A stretch of 64,000 nucleotides of DNA. Source: Gordius albopunctatus (taxonomy: Eukaryota). Of the stretch, positions 14,401-28,400 are shown in pieces. Every line of letters begins with the position of its first letter. Positions within the stretch are counted from its first letter, which is position 1. Below the pieces are notes generated by a model. That model did no database searches. It had not been told where the DNA came from and worked only from the letters and a program-made list of their open reading frames with translations. The stretch covers positions 1,984,001 to 2,048,000 of the forward strand of contig OZ193909.1 of NCBI GenBank assembly GCA_964276515.1, in the 5' to 3' direction. Made by a program: the position numbers and the translations under genes.

Positions 14401-14899
14401 CAAATAAATCATAAATCTACTCATCTCATAAATTGCATAGCAATTAATATAACTTACTTTGCCATAGAATGATAATTTAGTTGTTAAAAAATTTAAATAA
14501 TTAGAATGTAACACTTATATTCGCGCGCATTGTTAGAAAATGGCATGAGCCCTTGTTTTAAGTCTAGACGGCGACGGCACACATGTGTGTGTAAGTGTAT
14601 TGCGAACATGAAATGGCTACATAAATATAAATAATCCAATCCTTTTCTGAAACTATAAACGTACGATAAGGATTTAAGCGATGGAAAAAAATCTAGTCAA
14701 AAAATTGTTTATAAGCGAATTTTTCTTTTTTCGAGGAAAATTAATTTGAAAAAATTTTTGGCATGCCCGAATTGCCCGAATCTTATCAGCGTGCCCGCCC
14801 GGGCCCGCCCGAAAATTAAAACTTAAGACAGTTGCCCGGCCCGGCCCGGCCCATGGGCCGGGCCGGGCAGCGGGCCGGGCCGGGCATTTCTGGTCTCTG
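11473..14899 (-). mobile_element. Autonomous-looking hAT (Hermes/hobo-like) DNA transposon
   Basis: Imperfect CAGAG TIRs, a perfect 8-bp TSD CTAAGAAT on both sides, dense GCCCG subterminal repeats at both ends, and an internal duplication of the left end at 11666. Confidence 0.95.
11910..14465 (-). CDS. hAT transposase, spliced
   Basis: BED finger (VWQKF..CKNC..TSHLNRH), TTDMW, VTDKGANI, CTAH and RWNT motifs. Two introns of about 40 nt lead to C-terminal WW..YPKLA..IPATSAASERSFS with a stop at 11910. A putative 8-nt first exon ATGGCAAA|gtaag at 14465-14458 splices in frame to the acceptor near 13815. Confidence 0.9.
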
Positions 14900-15459
14900 C
14901 TAAGAATACGATTAAAAAAGATTTGAAGGAAGGGAAATCATCAGGAATATAGTTGGATTTTAGTATATTGGGAGATGCCTGGCGGGGATATATGTGGGTT
15001 ACGATGTGGGGGATAGGACCGTGGAAAATCTTTTCCCAATAAGGATATATTTAATTTTACTAAACCTTACATGGCAGGTTATTTTAGTTTATTAATTATA
15101 AAACTAAGAAGAAAAATTATAATTATCGATATCAAAATTATCAATACGATAACAGGCGTATATCAAAATCACTGATGCGTGCTGATAGAAATGACAAACA
15201 CGTATAAGCGGGGGGGGGGGGTGAGGGAAATAACACATCTACGCTATGATTGATATTAAAATCTTTACAGGAAATACAGATGTTGTACAGCGTGTAAGAT
15301 CAAAAGAATCTCGCAATCAACGAGCGTACAATTAAATATGCGTGTACATCAGTATGTATATACGACAGGGGGCATCATGGGGGAAAGAATATATATGGAT
15401 ACGATAAGGGTACAAGCAGGATTTGTCGAAAAACATAACGGGGAAAAAGGTATAGGTAA

Positions 15460-16700
15460 AGGTTTGGTCCAAATAAGGAAATATTGAAGGCAGTTTTATG
15501 GAAATTAAAAGGAAAAAGTCGAGTGAAGAGGAAACTAGACAATGTGGAATGGATAATAATAGTAGAGTTGTTATATTCGAGTTTCTGCTCGGCCCTCGAG
15601 CATTTTTATATGCTACTGCTCTGCCTAGTGTACCAAAAGCGAGCACATATTGTGCTAACGCGCATATTAAACAACTCAGTGTGCGTGCCCGCGTCTGGAG
15701 TTTGAAGAAAGTTAGCAATTTAACAACTCTAAATAAATAAAAGACCAAATTTGCATAGGAACTGATGACATGTGACAATCGAAGGCAGATCATATTGCAG
15801 GTTTAAATTAATGCGACAATGACTGCTCCTTATATACGAAACTTTGAAAAGTTGGCAATAATAAAAAAATACATATTAATGCGATTGAACTAAAGTACCT
15901 TAAGATGAGAAGGAATTTAATCGAAAATCTAGAAAGTTGTACAGCTCAAGTTGAGGATGAGAAATGGAATGAAGATAAGAACCAAAGGAAAAACATAGTG
16001 GGAGCGACATAGCTACGAATAATGATAACTTTAAAACCAATCGAAAATAATAAACAAATATTCACATTCCACCAATGTGAAAACGACAGAATTAGTTACT
16101 TTCTAACAAAGTTGGTTTAAAAATGTACAATGATTTGTTTAATTGAATGCTGCTTTAAAATATCTTGCTCAAATTTAACAGCCCTCTTGCTGTCTGTAAT
16201 CATTATGTTTAACTTGGTTTGTCTATAGATCTTTGCATTTTAAGTATTTCAAGTCATAATATTCACGTATTATTATTGCTATCCAGTGTCTAATTATCAT
16301 TATTTGAAGCTATGTCGTTTTCCCAATATCTTTTAATTTGATTGTTATCTCAATTCCCTTTTTTATCCTAGACTTTAACTCTAACATGCTAGATCTTCGA
16401 TATTATTCCTTCTTAATTTTAAGTAATTTAGATCAATCACTTTGCTATTTTTTTGGTTTGTATCAAATTTTTGGGGTATATGAGAAGTAAATTTATCTAA
16501 AAACTACATCTGGCTTCGATTGTCTCATCCATTATTTTTTGTGCTAATTTTCTCTTTTGTCATCAAGCTTTCATGACTCGCATTTTTATATTTACTCATT
16601 CCACATAATCCCGTCGTTTCCTCTTCACTTGTCTTTTTGCTTTTACTTTTAATAGATCTGCCTTTTAAGAATTTCCTTTTTTTTCAAACCTCCATTCATT
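15460..16700. repeat. Diverged inverted repeat pair (about 15460-16030 vs about 16300-16700); same family as 230-720
   Basis: For example GTGAAGAGGAAACTAGAC vs GTCGTTTCCTCTTCAC, and GCGACATAGC vs GCTATGTCG. Confidence 0.65.
15563..15731. mobile_element. hAT MITE family A, copy 3 (internally deleted)
   Basis: Same sequence as the other copies, with a deletion near one end. Confidence 0.85.
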
Positions 16701-17731
16701 GAATTATTCCTTCGAACATTTTTTCATCTATTCTTACTTTTTCGAATATAAAACTATCTCATCAAGCTCTTTTGCCTTTAATTTAGCATAAAAACGCATC
16801 ATCGCCATTTTCAATATTTTTACATTAGGAATTTACAAAATTTGTACACATCATAATTATTTTTACAATTACGTTGACAATATTAGAATAATTTGTAAGC
16901 AACTATGTCAACCAATTGTTTCTAAGCAAAACATTTATCAATTGTAAAACAGTTCTAGCATGTCATATTCCAAGTTGTTTGTATATTATAGTGAATTTTA
17001 TTTAAAATTCTTTTTCTAAATAAATATTGAAGGTTCTATTGGTAAAATTATAATATTACTTCATGAAAAAATTAAGATTATCACTCAAAGTCTTCATACC
17101 TTTATAATCTTTAAAGGAATTTAATAGGCTTAAAAACTAAAATACGAAAATTGGTATTTGGTACAGACTTTGAAAGTCATGCTAATTTTAGATTAATATT
17201 AAATATGCATGCAAACATTTAAGAGAATAAAGATGTTATACGTATTTCAATTTAGGGTTTATAAGTTACGAGATATTATTTTACAATAAAACTTTCCCCT
17301 AAAGACATTTTTAACATTATTTACTGTCAATCCTTTCTAATTATTTCCATAATGATGGGCTATATTTGCCCGAAATATAACGTGCCATTTGCCTCTACTG
17401 ATTCTATCAATCCAACCCCACGGCTTTTATACAACGAATTTTAAGATATTTTTTTATTAATTTTATTTAATATTACATTTTTTATATCTTTAATGTCAAT
17501 AAATTTTAATCAATATTATAAAACCTTGAAGAGGAAGTAGATAATTTTCTTAATATATGTAAACATTTGCCAGGTATATCACAGCTTAATAATTTATTAA
17601 TGAACATTATATGTGAATTAAAACAGCAAAGAAAAAGAGAAATAACATAACAGCGATGAGGTAACGTATTTAAATATTAAATCAGCTTTCCAACCTAAAA
17701 ACTCAAACAAATAGATAATCTTGATCCAACC

Positions 17732-18860
17732 TTAAAAATCTATATTTTCACCTTTAATTTCATCTTTCACATCGACATCCCTTTTTCTAAAGTATTTATT
17801 CTTAGAATTATTCGGATCTTCATATTGAATCCCAGCAGTAACAGCAATTAGAGGATCAAAAATCCTATTGTTGAAGTATTTATTCTCAGAATTATTCGGA
17901 TCTTCATATTGAATCCCAGCAGTAACAGCAATTAGAGGATCAAAAATCCTATTGTAAACCGGCGTAGGCCTTGGGTACAAAGGCCGCGCATTTTCGCCTA
18001 TAACTTGACAAAAATCGGGTCTGAAAGTTCTGCTCAGAACGCATTTCTGAATTTTGTCACAATAGCGTTTGTGCTGATTGCATTCCCAAACTCTGAATTT
18101 CCACACGCGTTTACTCTTGTCGTAGTTACATAGGTAATACCTTTTTAGCGATTAAATTTTTTTTGAATTAGATTAAAAAATAAAATTTAGTTAAGAAAAT
18201 GCAAAATATGATAAATTTTTGTTTATATTAGATAGATACTTGCGATTGTGAACTGGATTTGGGATGTAGTATTGTTGTTTTGAGTGGTGCAAATCAAATT
18301 TTTTCAGATATCTTTCTTGAGCCTTGCAAGCATCTGTTAAGAGTACAAAATTATCAAAAAATTTTATAAATTAAAAAAAATAATATTTTTATGAAATTCT
18401 AATAAATTAACAAAAGATTTAAAATTTAACTCGTTGTTAAGCCATCTAAAAAATTTTATAAATTCAAAAAAAAAATATTTTTATGAAATTCTAATAAATT
18501 AACAAAAAATTTAAAATTTAACTCGCTGTTAAGCCATCTACACCTTCTATAATTCAGAAGTTTTTATAAAATATAATTATATAAAGACACAAATTAACAA
18601 TAAAATAAACCGATTAGCCAATATTTCTCATTATCATCCATGGGTTTGGGAGTAACTGATTTGTAAGTCTGAGTACTGGAATAGACATTTGGAGTCGTTT
18701 TAATGATTGTTGACAATGAATATCCAGATCCGTAAATTTGTTCCGATGAATAATCGCCATTATAATTCAAATTTACTCCATTAACACTCATCGCAAAAGC
18801 TAGAATTATTAATGGTAAGGTTAAAATCAGGCATTTCGTAAATGCTGTTAGAGAATCCAT
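17732..18860 (-). CDS. Small secreted protein with an S/T-rich stretch, a Cys-containing (chitin-binding type-2-like) segment and a 28-aa tandem repeat
   Basis: Signal-peptide-like MDSLTAFTKCLILTLPLIILAFAMSVNG. The last two exons join as YYIPNPVHNRK|YYLC...ECNQHKRYCDKIQKCV...C. Splicing of the middle exons is uncertain. Confidence 0.55.
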
Positions 18861-19771
18861 CCAAAAATATCAAAGTAAGAATTTAACACTACTATTCTTT
18901 TTTTAAGATTTGAGCTTAAATTTAGGAAGAAAACAATTAAGGTGACATCACGACACAGCTAATTGTTACTTGCTTAAAGTGACAATGACCACAAGCAATA
19001 ATTGTGGTTACTCGATCAATTTAGCCTAGCCGTTGGCTAAATTACACTTATTTCTGTAAAAAGTATGGCTATTATAATTAAAATATAGTATAAATCAAGA
19101 GATATAAATCGTATTTTTGCATGAAAAATACGGTTATGATGATGTCTACACGAATTAAGATATTATTTTTATAAAATGATTAAAAAATATTTATAATTCA
19201 GACGAACTCATATATATATATAATTACTGACAAATTTATGGGTTAGTTTTTAGTTGCCAGTCATGTAATTTGTTTATAATTAATTGTGCAGCTTTTACGC
19301 GTTTTAAATGGCTAAAAACGTATGCTTCTATTTCAGATTTTTTGACTTTCGCATATATAGACCAGCTAATGACGGCTGATTCGCTTCAATGTTTTCCACC
19401 TCGCCTGAGCCAAAATTCTAAGAATTTCCTAATATTAGCTTCAATGAAAATTGCTATTATATAAATGTTAGAAGTGGCAACAATAATTATATTAAAATAG
19501 CGTGTGTCTAATTCAATAAGATTCACAGCTAATCGATTTATGTCGCTTGATTAATTTTAAGCAATAATAATTATATAAAAAATAATTTTTTCGAAGCTTA
19601 GGTAACAAGGGGTGGGGCATCAATCCCACTTAAATTGGTCAAAAATAAGACTAACACCGAATTCACATGTTAACTAAACCCCCATAATCCGCTATTTATT
19701 AAATTGAAGAATAAAATTGTTTTAAGGTCAAGCTATTTAACTTTGCAGGAGGGTAGTATAGTTAGCAACAA

Positions 19772-21566
19772 CAAAAACTCGGGCCTTCGGCCCTCGTGGG
19801 AAGGGGGAAGGGGGAAGGGGGAAGGGGAGGGAAGGGGGAACTCATCTACACTCCGTATAAATGTATCATATTTGCTATGCAATTTATGGAAATACTTACG
19901 TGAATATTGCAAAACGAAGGTTGGAAGCACTAAATAAGTGTATATGCCAAATATCATAAAGGGGGAGAGAGGGAGCGAAGGGGAAGCTTTATGGTTAGTT
20001 AAATTCAACGGGAGTTGTATTACCAAAAAGTCATAATAGCAATGGTAGGAACAGGAACAATCATAATAGTCAAAAAAACGAAAAAAAAATTTTCGAATCA
20101 CATTTTGGCCAAAGGTCATTTTTTCCATTGGTCAGCAGCCAGGACACGGTAAAAGTGGATATAAATTCATAATAGTCAAAAAAAACGAAAAAAAGTTTTC
20201 GAATCACATTTTGGCCAATGGTTATTTTATTCCATTGGTCAGCAGCCAGCGGACGGCCAAAAAGTCATAATAGCAATGGTAGGAACAGGAACAATCATAA
20301 TAGTCAAAAAAACGGAAAAAATAATTTCGATTCACATTTTGGCCAATGGTCATTTTATTCCATTGGTCAGCAGCCAGCGGACGGCCAAAAAGTCATAATA
20401 GCAATGGTAGGAACAGGAACAATCATAATATTCAAAAAAAACGAAAAAATAAACTCGGATACACATTTTGGCCAATGGTCATTTTTTTCATTGGTCAGCA
20501 GCCAGCGGACGGCCAAAAAGTCTTATTATCATTGATAGTAACAAGAACAATCATAAGAGTCAAAAAAAACTCCGGGATTCTAACCCAAAAACTAGATAAA
20601 TTGCATAGCAATTATTAAAAAGTATAGGGTAATTATCAATGTTAACCTATGCAAAAACGAACAAAAAATTTTGATTTATTTGGCCAATGGTAATTTTTTC
20701 CAATTATCAATGTAAACTTATTCAAAAAGGAAAAACGAAAAATTAGGATTTATTTGGCCAATGTTCATTTTTTCATTGGTCAGTAGCCAGCGGACGGTCA
20801 AAAAGTCATATTATCAATGGTATTAACAAGAACAAAATATTAAATTAATTAAAAAAATAAAAATTTTGCCCTCTCCGGGATTCGAACCCACATTAAATAG
20901 AGGCATAAGCCTTTGGAGGGGAACAGGGAACCATATAAATAGAGCCATAGGCCCTTGTAGGGGAGGGCATAGGGTAATTATCAATGTTAAACTATTCAAA
21001 AACGAAAAATTAAAAATTTCGATTTATCTGGCAAGTGGTCATTTTTTCATTGGTCAGTAGTCTGCGGACGGTCAAAAATTCATATTATCAATGGTATTAA
21101 CAAGAACAATATATTAATTTAATTTAAAAAAAAAATAAAAATTTTTGTCCTCTCCGGGTCTCGAACCATCAATTTAGAACGTTCGCAGGGATTCAAACCC
21201 ACATTAAATAGAGGCATAAGCCTTTGGAGGGGAACAGGGAACCATATAAATAGAGCCATAGGCCCTTGTAGGGGACGGCATAGGGTAATTATCAATGTTA
21301 AACTATTCAAAAACGAAAAATTAAAAATTTCGATTTATCTGGCCAGTGGTCATTTTTTCATTGGTCAGTAGCCTGCGGACGGTCAAAAAGTCATATTATC
21401 AATGGTATTAACAAGAAAAAAATATTAATTTAATTTAAAAAAAAAAAAAAATTTGTCCTCTCCGGGTCTCGAACCCGCAACCTCCAGGTCGGGAAGCTGG
21501 TGTAAATAACTTGGTAGACGGACGGACGGACAACCAAAAACGAGCCCATAAATTGCATAGCAATTA
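19772..21566 (-). mobile_element. Helentron/HINE-like element containing internal tandem arrays (about 128-bp and about 300-bp units)
   Basis: TTGCTATGCAATTTATGG inverted subterminal repeats, a (GTCC)n tract, a 3' GGGCC-GAA-GGCCC hairpin, and repeated CATTGGTCAG(C/T)AGCC units. Confidence 0.6.
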
Positions 21567-22453
21567 ATAGTTGTGAACAAGCATTCGACTTATAAAATGC
21601 AGATTCGAGTAGAGTTTTTCATTGCGAACTCAATATATTTTTATTTTTTACCTATACTCCAAGCTTTTGAAATATTTGCTGTCAAAGTTGCTAAAAACAG
21701 CTATTTACCCTAGCTCTATTAATTTTTGATATATATTCAAAATTAACTTATTCCTATTTTTTACATTGACAAATTGCCCCAGACTTCCTTCCATTTAACA
21801 CTAGGATTTAAGTGGTGTTTACTAATAGAGACCAATGCGCCCTGATGAAATTCTTCACGTAATGTTAGTGCTATTAATAAAAGGTGATAAATATAAATTT
21901 GTTATAATCCCATGTTTTTGTAGTAGCATTTAAATTACTTTCAAATAAATAAAAACGTCAAAATTTGAATCTCAGCTTATTTTAAACTGCTTAATATCAA
22001 ATATACCTTTTAAAAATAATTTAAGTAGGAAATAAAATTTATGTTCGAAATTGTTAAATTTCTACTAAGGCTAAAGCACAAAAGCATTGACATGTAGTTA
22101 TTGAAAAAATAATTCCCCAAGATCTGACTTTTATGGATAAACTTTTACCAAAATTTTTGTTTTATTACATACAACTATTTGTTTTTTTTTGATATTTAAC
22201 CTGATAAAACTAAATATTATAAAGTTGCCCATTTTTAGTAAATAATCCTAGGTGTTTCCCTTTGTAGAATTTAGTAAAAAATCCTTAATCTACAATTAAA
22301 ATTACACAAACCATTAATACCTTAATAATATAATTTGTTGCTGTGGAATTATACAATTAATACATATTTATTTTATCAGTGTGTTATTTAAATACACGCG
22401 CGGTTATAATAATTTATCTAGGTTTACACCGAAAAATATTTTTATTATGCAAT

Positions 22454-25400
22454 TTAATCTTCGTCTTCGTCATCTCTTGCCGTATCTTTAACATTTTTGT
22501 CCGCTTTATTTTTGATTTGTTCTTGCTGATTGTAAAAATCGGCGATCTACAATGTAATAACAAAAGCTATTGCATTAGATTCAACCAATTTTATAGTTAC
22601 CCCCAAAAGCTATAAACTAGTGATGTAAAACTCACACATAAACAGGGAAAAGGTATTTAGTCTGTTTTTCTTAATGGACCTCTGATAAATAGAGTCTCAG
22701 TTGAGCCTAGAGGTCGTCCAAATAAAGGCCAGCCGTTTTTACAGCGCCGCAAAACTTGAAAGTAAAAATATTAAACTCCGTTCATAAAACCTAACTTCTT
22801 CGTTCATAGTTAGGCCCATTTTTTAATCGCATAATAAAGGGGGGAAAATAAATGTTGAATGACGACTACATTATATAAAAATCAGGGTTAAAAATTGAGA
22901 TGAATAAAGGAAATCGTTTCTATACCTGGCTATTAGTAGTGGCATCCTCGGGTTTTTTGTCTTCGCGCAGTTTTAAATACCTGGGAAACCGGAGGGAAAT
23001 TCCCTTGTGAGCCTCAACCTTAAATAAATTAAGGATGGTCGAATTCAAAATTTTTGTTTTTCACAAACCGAAGATAATCCCTTTTTTACTGTTCATTGGA
23101 CGAAATTGCGAATTATGATAATTATAAAATCAAAAATACACAAATAAAAGAAAACCAAATGAGTTAAATGTTAAAAAATGGCTCTTCCCGATAAAAAATT
23201 ACAAAGATGATTTTCAAGGAAAAATTAATTTCTCCCTGAAATCAAGATTAAACAGAAATTAATTTGCAAAATAAATTATATAATGTTCTAACATTCATGG
23301 ACAACCTCTAATTAAATAAATTCAAAATAAATAAAATAAGCAATAACACAGGTCTACAAAAAAATTATCTGTGCCTGGATAGATATGGGGGCGGAAGAGA
23401 AGGAAAGAGTGATTTGTTAGTAAACATCGAATGTATAGTATGTACTCTAACTAATGCACTCCGTTTTCAGACATATTGGGACGAATTCTGGTAAACACGA
23501 ATAAATTTGTGAAACAAAAAATTAGGATGGATTTATAGATGAAACATTTAATCTACGAGAATAAATTAATATTTTTACGTATAAATTAAAAATGCCGTGG
23601 AAGAAAGAGTGATTTGTTAGTAAACATCGAATGTATAGTATGTACTCTAACTAATGCACTCCGTTTTCAGACATATTGGGACGAATTCTGGTAAACACGA
23701 ATAAATTTGTGAAACAAAAAATTAAGATGGATTTATAGATGAAACATTTAATCTACGAGAATAAATTAATATTTTTACGTATAAATTAAAAATGCCGTGG
23801 AAATATAACCTAAAAAAGGTTGAAATGGGCATTTTTTTACAACCTTAACCTCGTTTTCCTAAAAAATTGGAAGTTTTGAAGGAAAAAAACAACGAAAAAC
23901 ATACTTTTATTCAGCGCATCATTCTCTATCGGAATTATTAATCCGATTGCGAAATGCAATTACAAAGTCAATATTTGCACACCTGGGTAATTATATTATT
24001 TAAAAACAACAACAGATAGGGGCATATATACCAAGCCAATAGCTGCCCTGTGAACGGGTGAAATAGAAAGATCGGCAGCTTTCACTTCACATACGTACTG
24101 AGGTTCAAACCAATCGTTGGGTTGGTCCAGGCAACTATCGAAGGCGTAATATGATTTTGGACCTTTGATTTTGATTTGTGACAATTTTTGATTCAGTTCT
24201 TCCAAATCTTCATCTTTGAATCCGGTTCCCAACTTCGTATCAATCCCATATAAAGATATTTTATTGAATTGTCGGGAAAAAAGGTTAAAAGAAAACTGTG
24301 GGATAATTTACGTTTCATGTCATCCAAATGTGTGTGTGTTTTTTTTTTATCTATTTTTAAACATGAGATTTAACTTTTTTAAATAGCTAAGAAGGCACTG
24401 CTAAACAAAGGCCACACTAGTAATAAACTTATACAAAATAGAGCGGGGTCTCCATCAACGCTTTAAAGTATGCAAACCCATCGAGCAATTTTATACTTTG
24501 CGATATAATTTGATAATGATTCATATGAAAGTACGGCAATTTCATAAATTGACCACAAATACTCATAGACTGCTCATCAGCGTTAAATAAGTGAACCATT
24601 TTCCGCCATTCTTAAATGTGCACAATCAAGGGAAGGTTATTATAGATTATAGTGATTTTGGTTCATTAAAGTGCTTTTAAAACGTAAAGCAAAAGATCTT
24701 TGAACTAGCACTTTAACGCAATCTGAATTTTTTAAATATCCATTTATAAACATTCTTTTTTATTTATTAACTAACGAGGAAGGTAAATTGACTTTTTATG
24801 TTTAAACAATCGGGGACAGCGTAAAAACATGGGTGATTGTCAAATTCAAAATGGTGCATCATATTTTACCATATGAAACATATTAGGTGAGCAGTCTATG
24901 TAGTCTATACAAATACCAAAGAAACCTACCTTGGAACAACAAAATTTTAAAAGCATTAAACGAAGGCAAAAGGCACATTCTACTAGAGTTGTTAAATTGC
25001 TAACTTTCTTCAACTCCAGCTACCATCTGCTCGAGTTTCTGCTCGGTCCTCGAGCATTTTTATATGCTAATGTTCTACCCAGTGCACAGAACAGAGAGCG
25101 CATATTGTGCTAACGCGCATATTAAGCAACTCAGTGTGCGTGCTTGCGTCTGGAGTTTGAAGAAAGTTAGCAATTTAACAACTCTACATACTACGAACCT
25201 TGCGCAACCTTTATAATAATTAATCGATAAATATATTTAAGTAAAAGCTGAAACAGTCTAAATTCAAATCCTCTACGGTGTTTTACAAATCAATAATCAA
25301 TTGAAATAAGCCGATTTAAGAGTATGAAGATAGCAAAACAAGGCATTTAAATTGACCAAAATTTACAAAAAAATTACCCCAAAAACACTTTAAAATCCCG

Positions 25401-28400
25401 GTCAAAACAAGAAATATTTTAGTTACTTTACAAATGCTTTGATATTCTTCGTTTTCGGGGTCGTAGCAAGCTAATAGGAGTCCACCATAAACACCAGTTC
25501 TTTTTCCCTTCCCCGAATAACCGCCGATTATAACGAGGTCCATGGTATCGCCCAAATTATCGAGGTAATCTTTTTTGAGCTACAAATCACACCCAAAATG
25601 ATTCAATGAATATACCTTTAAAGATTTATAAACTAATGTTTATTTCAAATTTGTAATCTCAAAATTTGTGTCAGTTTTGATGTTGAATTTCTCTAAAAAA
25701 CTAGGAATAGGAGCTAAAAGCTGTAGACATGGGCCTAGCGTAGCCGGGATCGGAGAGGGGGTCAATTTGAAATTTTACTTAATAATTTAAATTTTGGATA
25801 GCCCTCTGGCTACCACCAAGTTTATAAGGGACATAATAGTAAAGCATAAAAAAATCAAGTATACCACCTAATACAAATATCGAATGGTTGCTGCATGACT
25901 TAATCATTTAGATAACACGACAGCCCCTTTAAAAAAGTGACTTTAGAATCACTACCCCTGCAAACATGTAAACTAGTGTAAAGCGACTCGTCGGTTTCGT
26001 TTGGTGAACCTTTATCCAATTTTGACTAAGCCGAGAGGTGGTTGACTAAGAAATGCCGAGGAAAAAGGCTTCGACTAAAACCAAAGCTCGACCAAATGAA
26101 ACCCAGCCAGCCGTTCCATCTGGAATGAAACTGATTCGCGTGATAAAAATACACCTCCTTTAAAGCGGAGAAGGTTGGTGAGATCGGAAACAGTGACTTC
26201 CACTTGGTTATTATAAACATCATTTTTTTGTTAGTAATTAGTTATAATATACCCGAGAACACTCAGATAATAATAATTAATTTGTACGCGTAATATTTCA
26301 ACTTCCATACGCTTGACTAATACTATTATATTAATTTCATCGTTTGTTGTAGTGATTATATAATTTAAAATACAAATATCTAAAATGGCCCCCAAATTAT
26401 TTCAGTGTTTTAGAGAAAAATAATTGTCGATGCACCAAGGTTAAGAAATGGTTTGATGTACAATTAAATTAATCCACTTGGTATAAAAAGGAGCAAAATA
26501 TAAATTGTATAGCAATCAGTATTCCAAAACTTATTATTTAGAGGGAAAAAGTGATTGAAAATTGGGGCAACCTTTAACCAGTTATTGGATCGCTTGGCAA
26601 TTTCGTAAGTTGAATTGGCGTTCAATGTTTTCACCATTAATCCTTCGCAATTGCCTATATAGAAATAATTTAAAAACCCCTATATAAAAGACACATTTAA
26701 GTATTCATTAACCTCTAAATCACTATACAGTGTCGGTCATTAAAACTCAAGCATAAAATTTAGTGCTAAATTAAGCAATTTTATCGACTTGATTACTAAT
26801 CTTTTTGACAAAGACGTATAGGAGTTCAAAAATTGTTGTTGTCATGTATTTATCAATTTAAAAATTTTTTTTTATTATAATGACTTTAAAATTTTTATTT
26901 TAATTAAATCAATATATGTTTGAAACAAATAATTATAATTATGATATAAAAAAATTTACATACACGACTAAAAAATATTAAAAACGCGCTATAACTAAAC
27001 GGATGGCATTGATCCGTGTATGGAAATCGTGTTGGATTTAACGATTTCCATTGTGATCTTTTGCCCAATAAAAAAGTATTCTTTGGGATCGTGTGTAATG
27101 GAGGTTATATATTTTGAAATTATTAACTTTTAATTATAACTTTATAAATTAGGAAGATAAAACGAAAACGAATTTTGGCAAAGCAAAAAAATTGTCTGCC
27201 TTTAACGGCTTCCTCCAAAAACTCCGTCACACAATCAGGGTCAGGTGGATTGTCCACGTGACGAGCGAATTCGAAACAACCGCGCGACGGGACAAAATGG
27301 TTCAACATCAACTTTCGCCTTTCCACCAGCGGTATCTTGACCAAAGACTTCCCATTCAAGTATAACAAATCGAATGCAAACACGCAAACCTGAATTTTTA
27401 TTTCCGACTGAACAGCGTCCTACACAAGTATAATTTTCGTTTGTTTTTTAAACAATGTTGCTGAAAGATAGTTATTAATTGATTGCATTACTATCGAAAG
27501 TAGGTTTACAACTATTATTAGGTTTGAAAAATAACGGAGTTCTAGCTATAAATTCGTTCGCAATTGGTTATTGCATGTTTAGAGTAGTGTTGTAAAAAGG
27601 CCTGGGTTTCACTCTCTTTTTCGAATTTTTACTAAGCCTAGAGGTAACCAAGGGTTGATCAAACAAAACAATGGTCTTTTTACAACACTAGTATACGGCA
27701 TAAAATGCGGAAATAATAATCTAGTATATTAATTGGCAAGCTATATATTGTATATAACTTAAATTGGCGTATGCATCTGCGGCCAATTAGGTATATTTTC
27801 AAAAAAATTTACGCACATTTCGTATAAATCTTAAATAAAATATATTAAAACCTTAATTTTTCACATACATATGCTATCAATCAATACAGTCAAAATTAGG
27901 GAAATTTCTATATTAGGTGGTGCACTAAAGCCAAAAATTCAAATCCGAAATTCAAATCATAGCATAATCAGACCTATGATCAAATCTAGGACACAATAAA
28001 CATGACAAAGACTTAAAAAAATCACACTTTGTCCTCCTCACCTCATAATAAAAAACGCTTGGATAAAATTATAGCAATGATTTTCAACCATGGCCGTAGC
28101 CGGAAAGTGGCAAGGAGGGGCGCCTGCCCCCCCCCTCTAAACTCAAATCTTAATAAAATTATGACTAAAATTCCCTCAAGATACAATCCTGGCTAATCCC
28201 ATGCTTTTAGCAACCGATCTCCTTCCTTCCTACCTTTGTTTTATCAATATTAATCGCCATATTCATATTAACTCGTTTTAACATTGAATATTACATGCAA
28301 AGTGCAGATTTATTAAAAAGTAGGCAAAACTTAGCTCAGTAATAACAATTTTTTTAGGAATTTACTCATCATAACCATGAAAGTAGCCAGCATTGGAATT

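Noticed and set aside
20030..21480. Regular repeat array suggestive of CRISPR, and its ORFs
   Set aside because: The units are wholly repeated with no unique spacers, there are no cas genes, and the context is eukaryotic.
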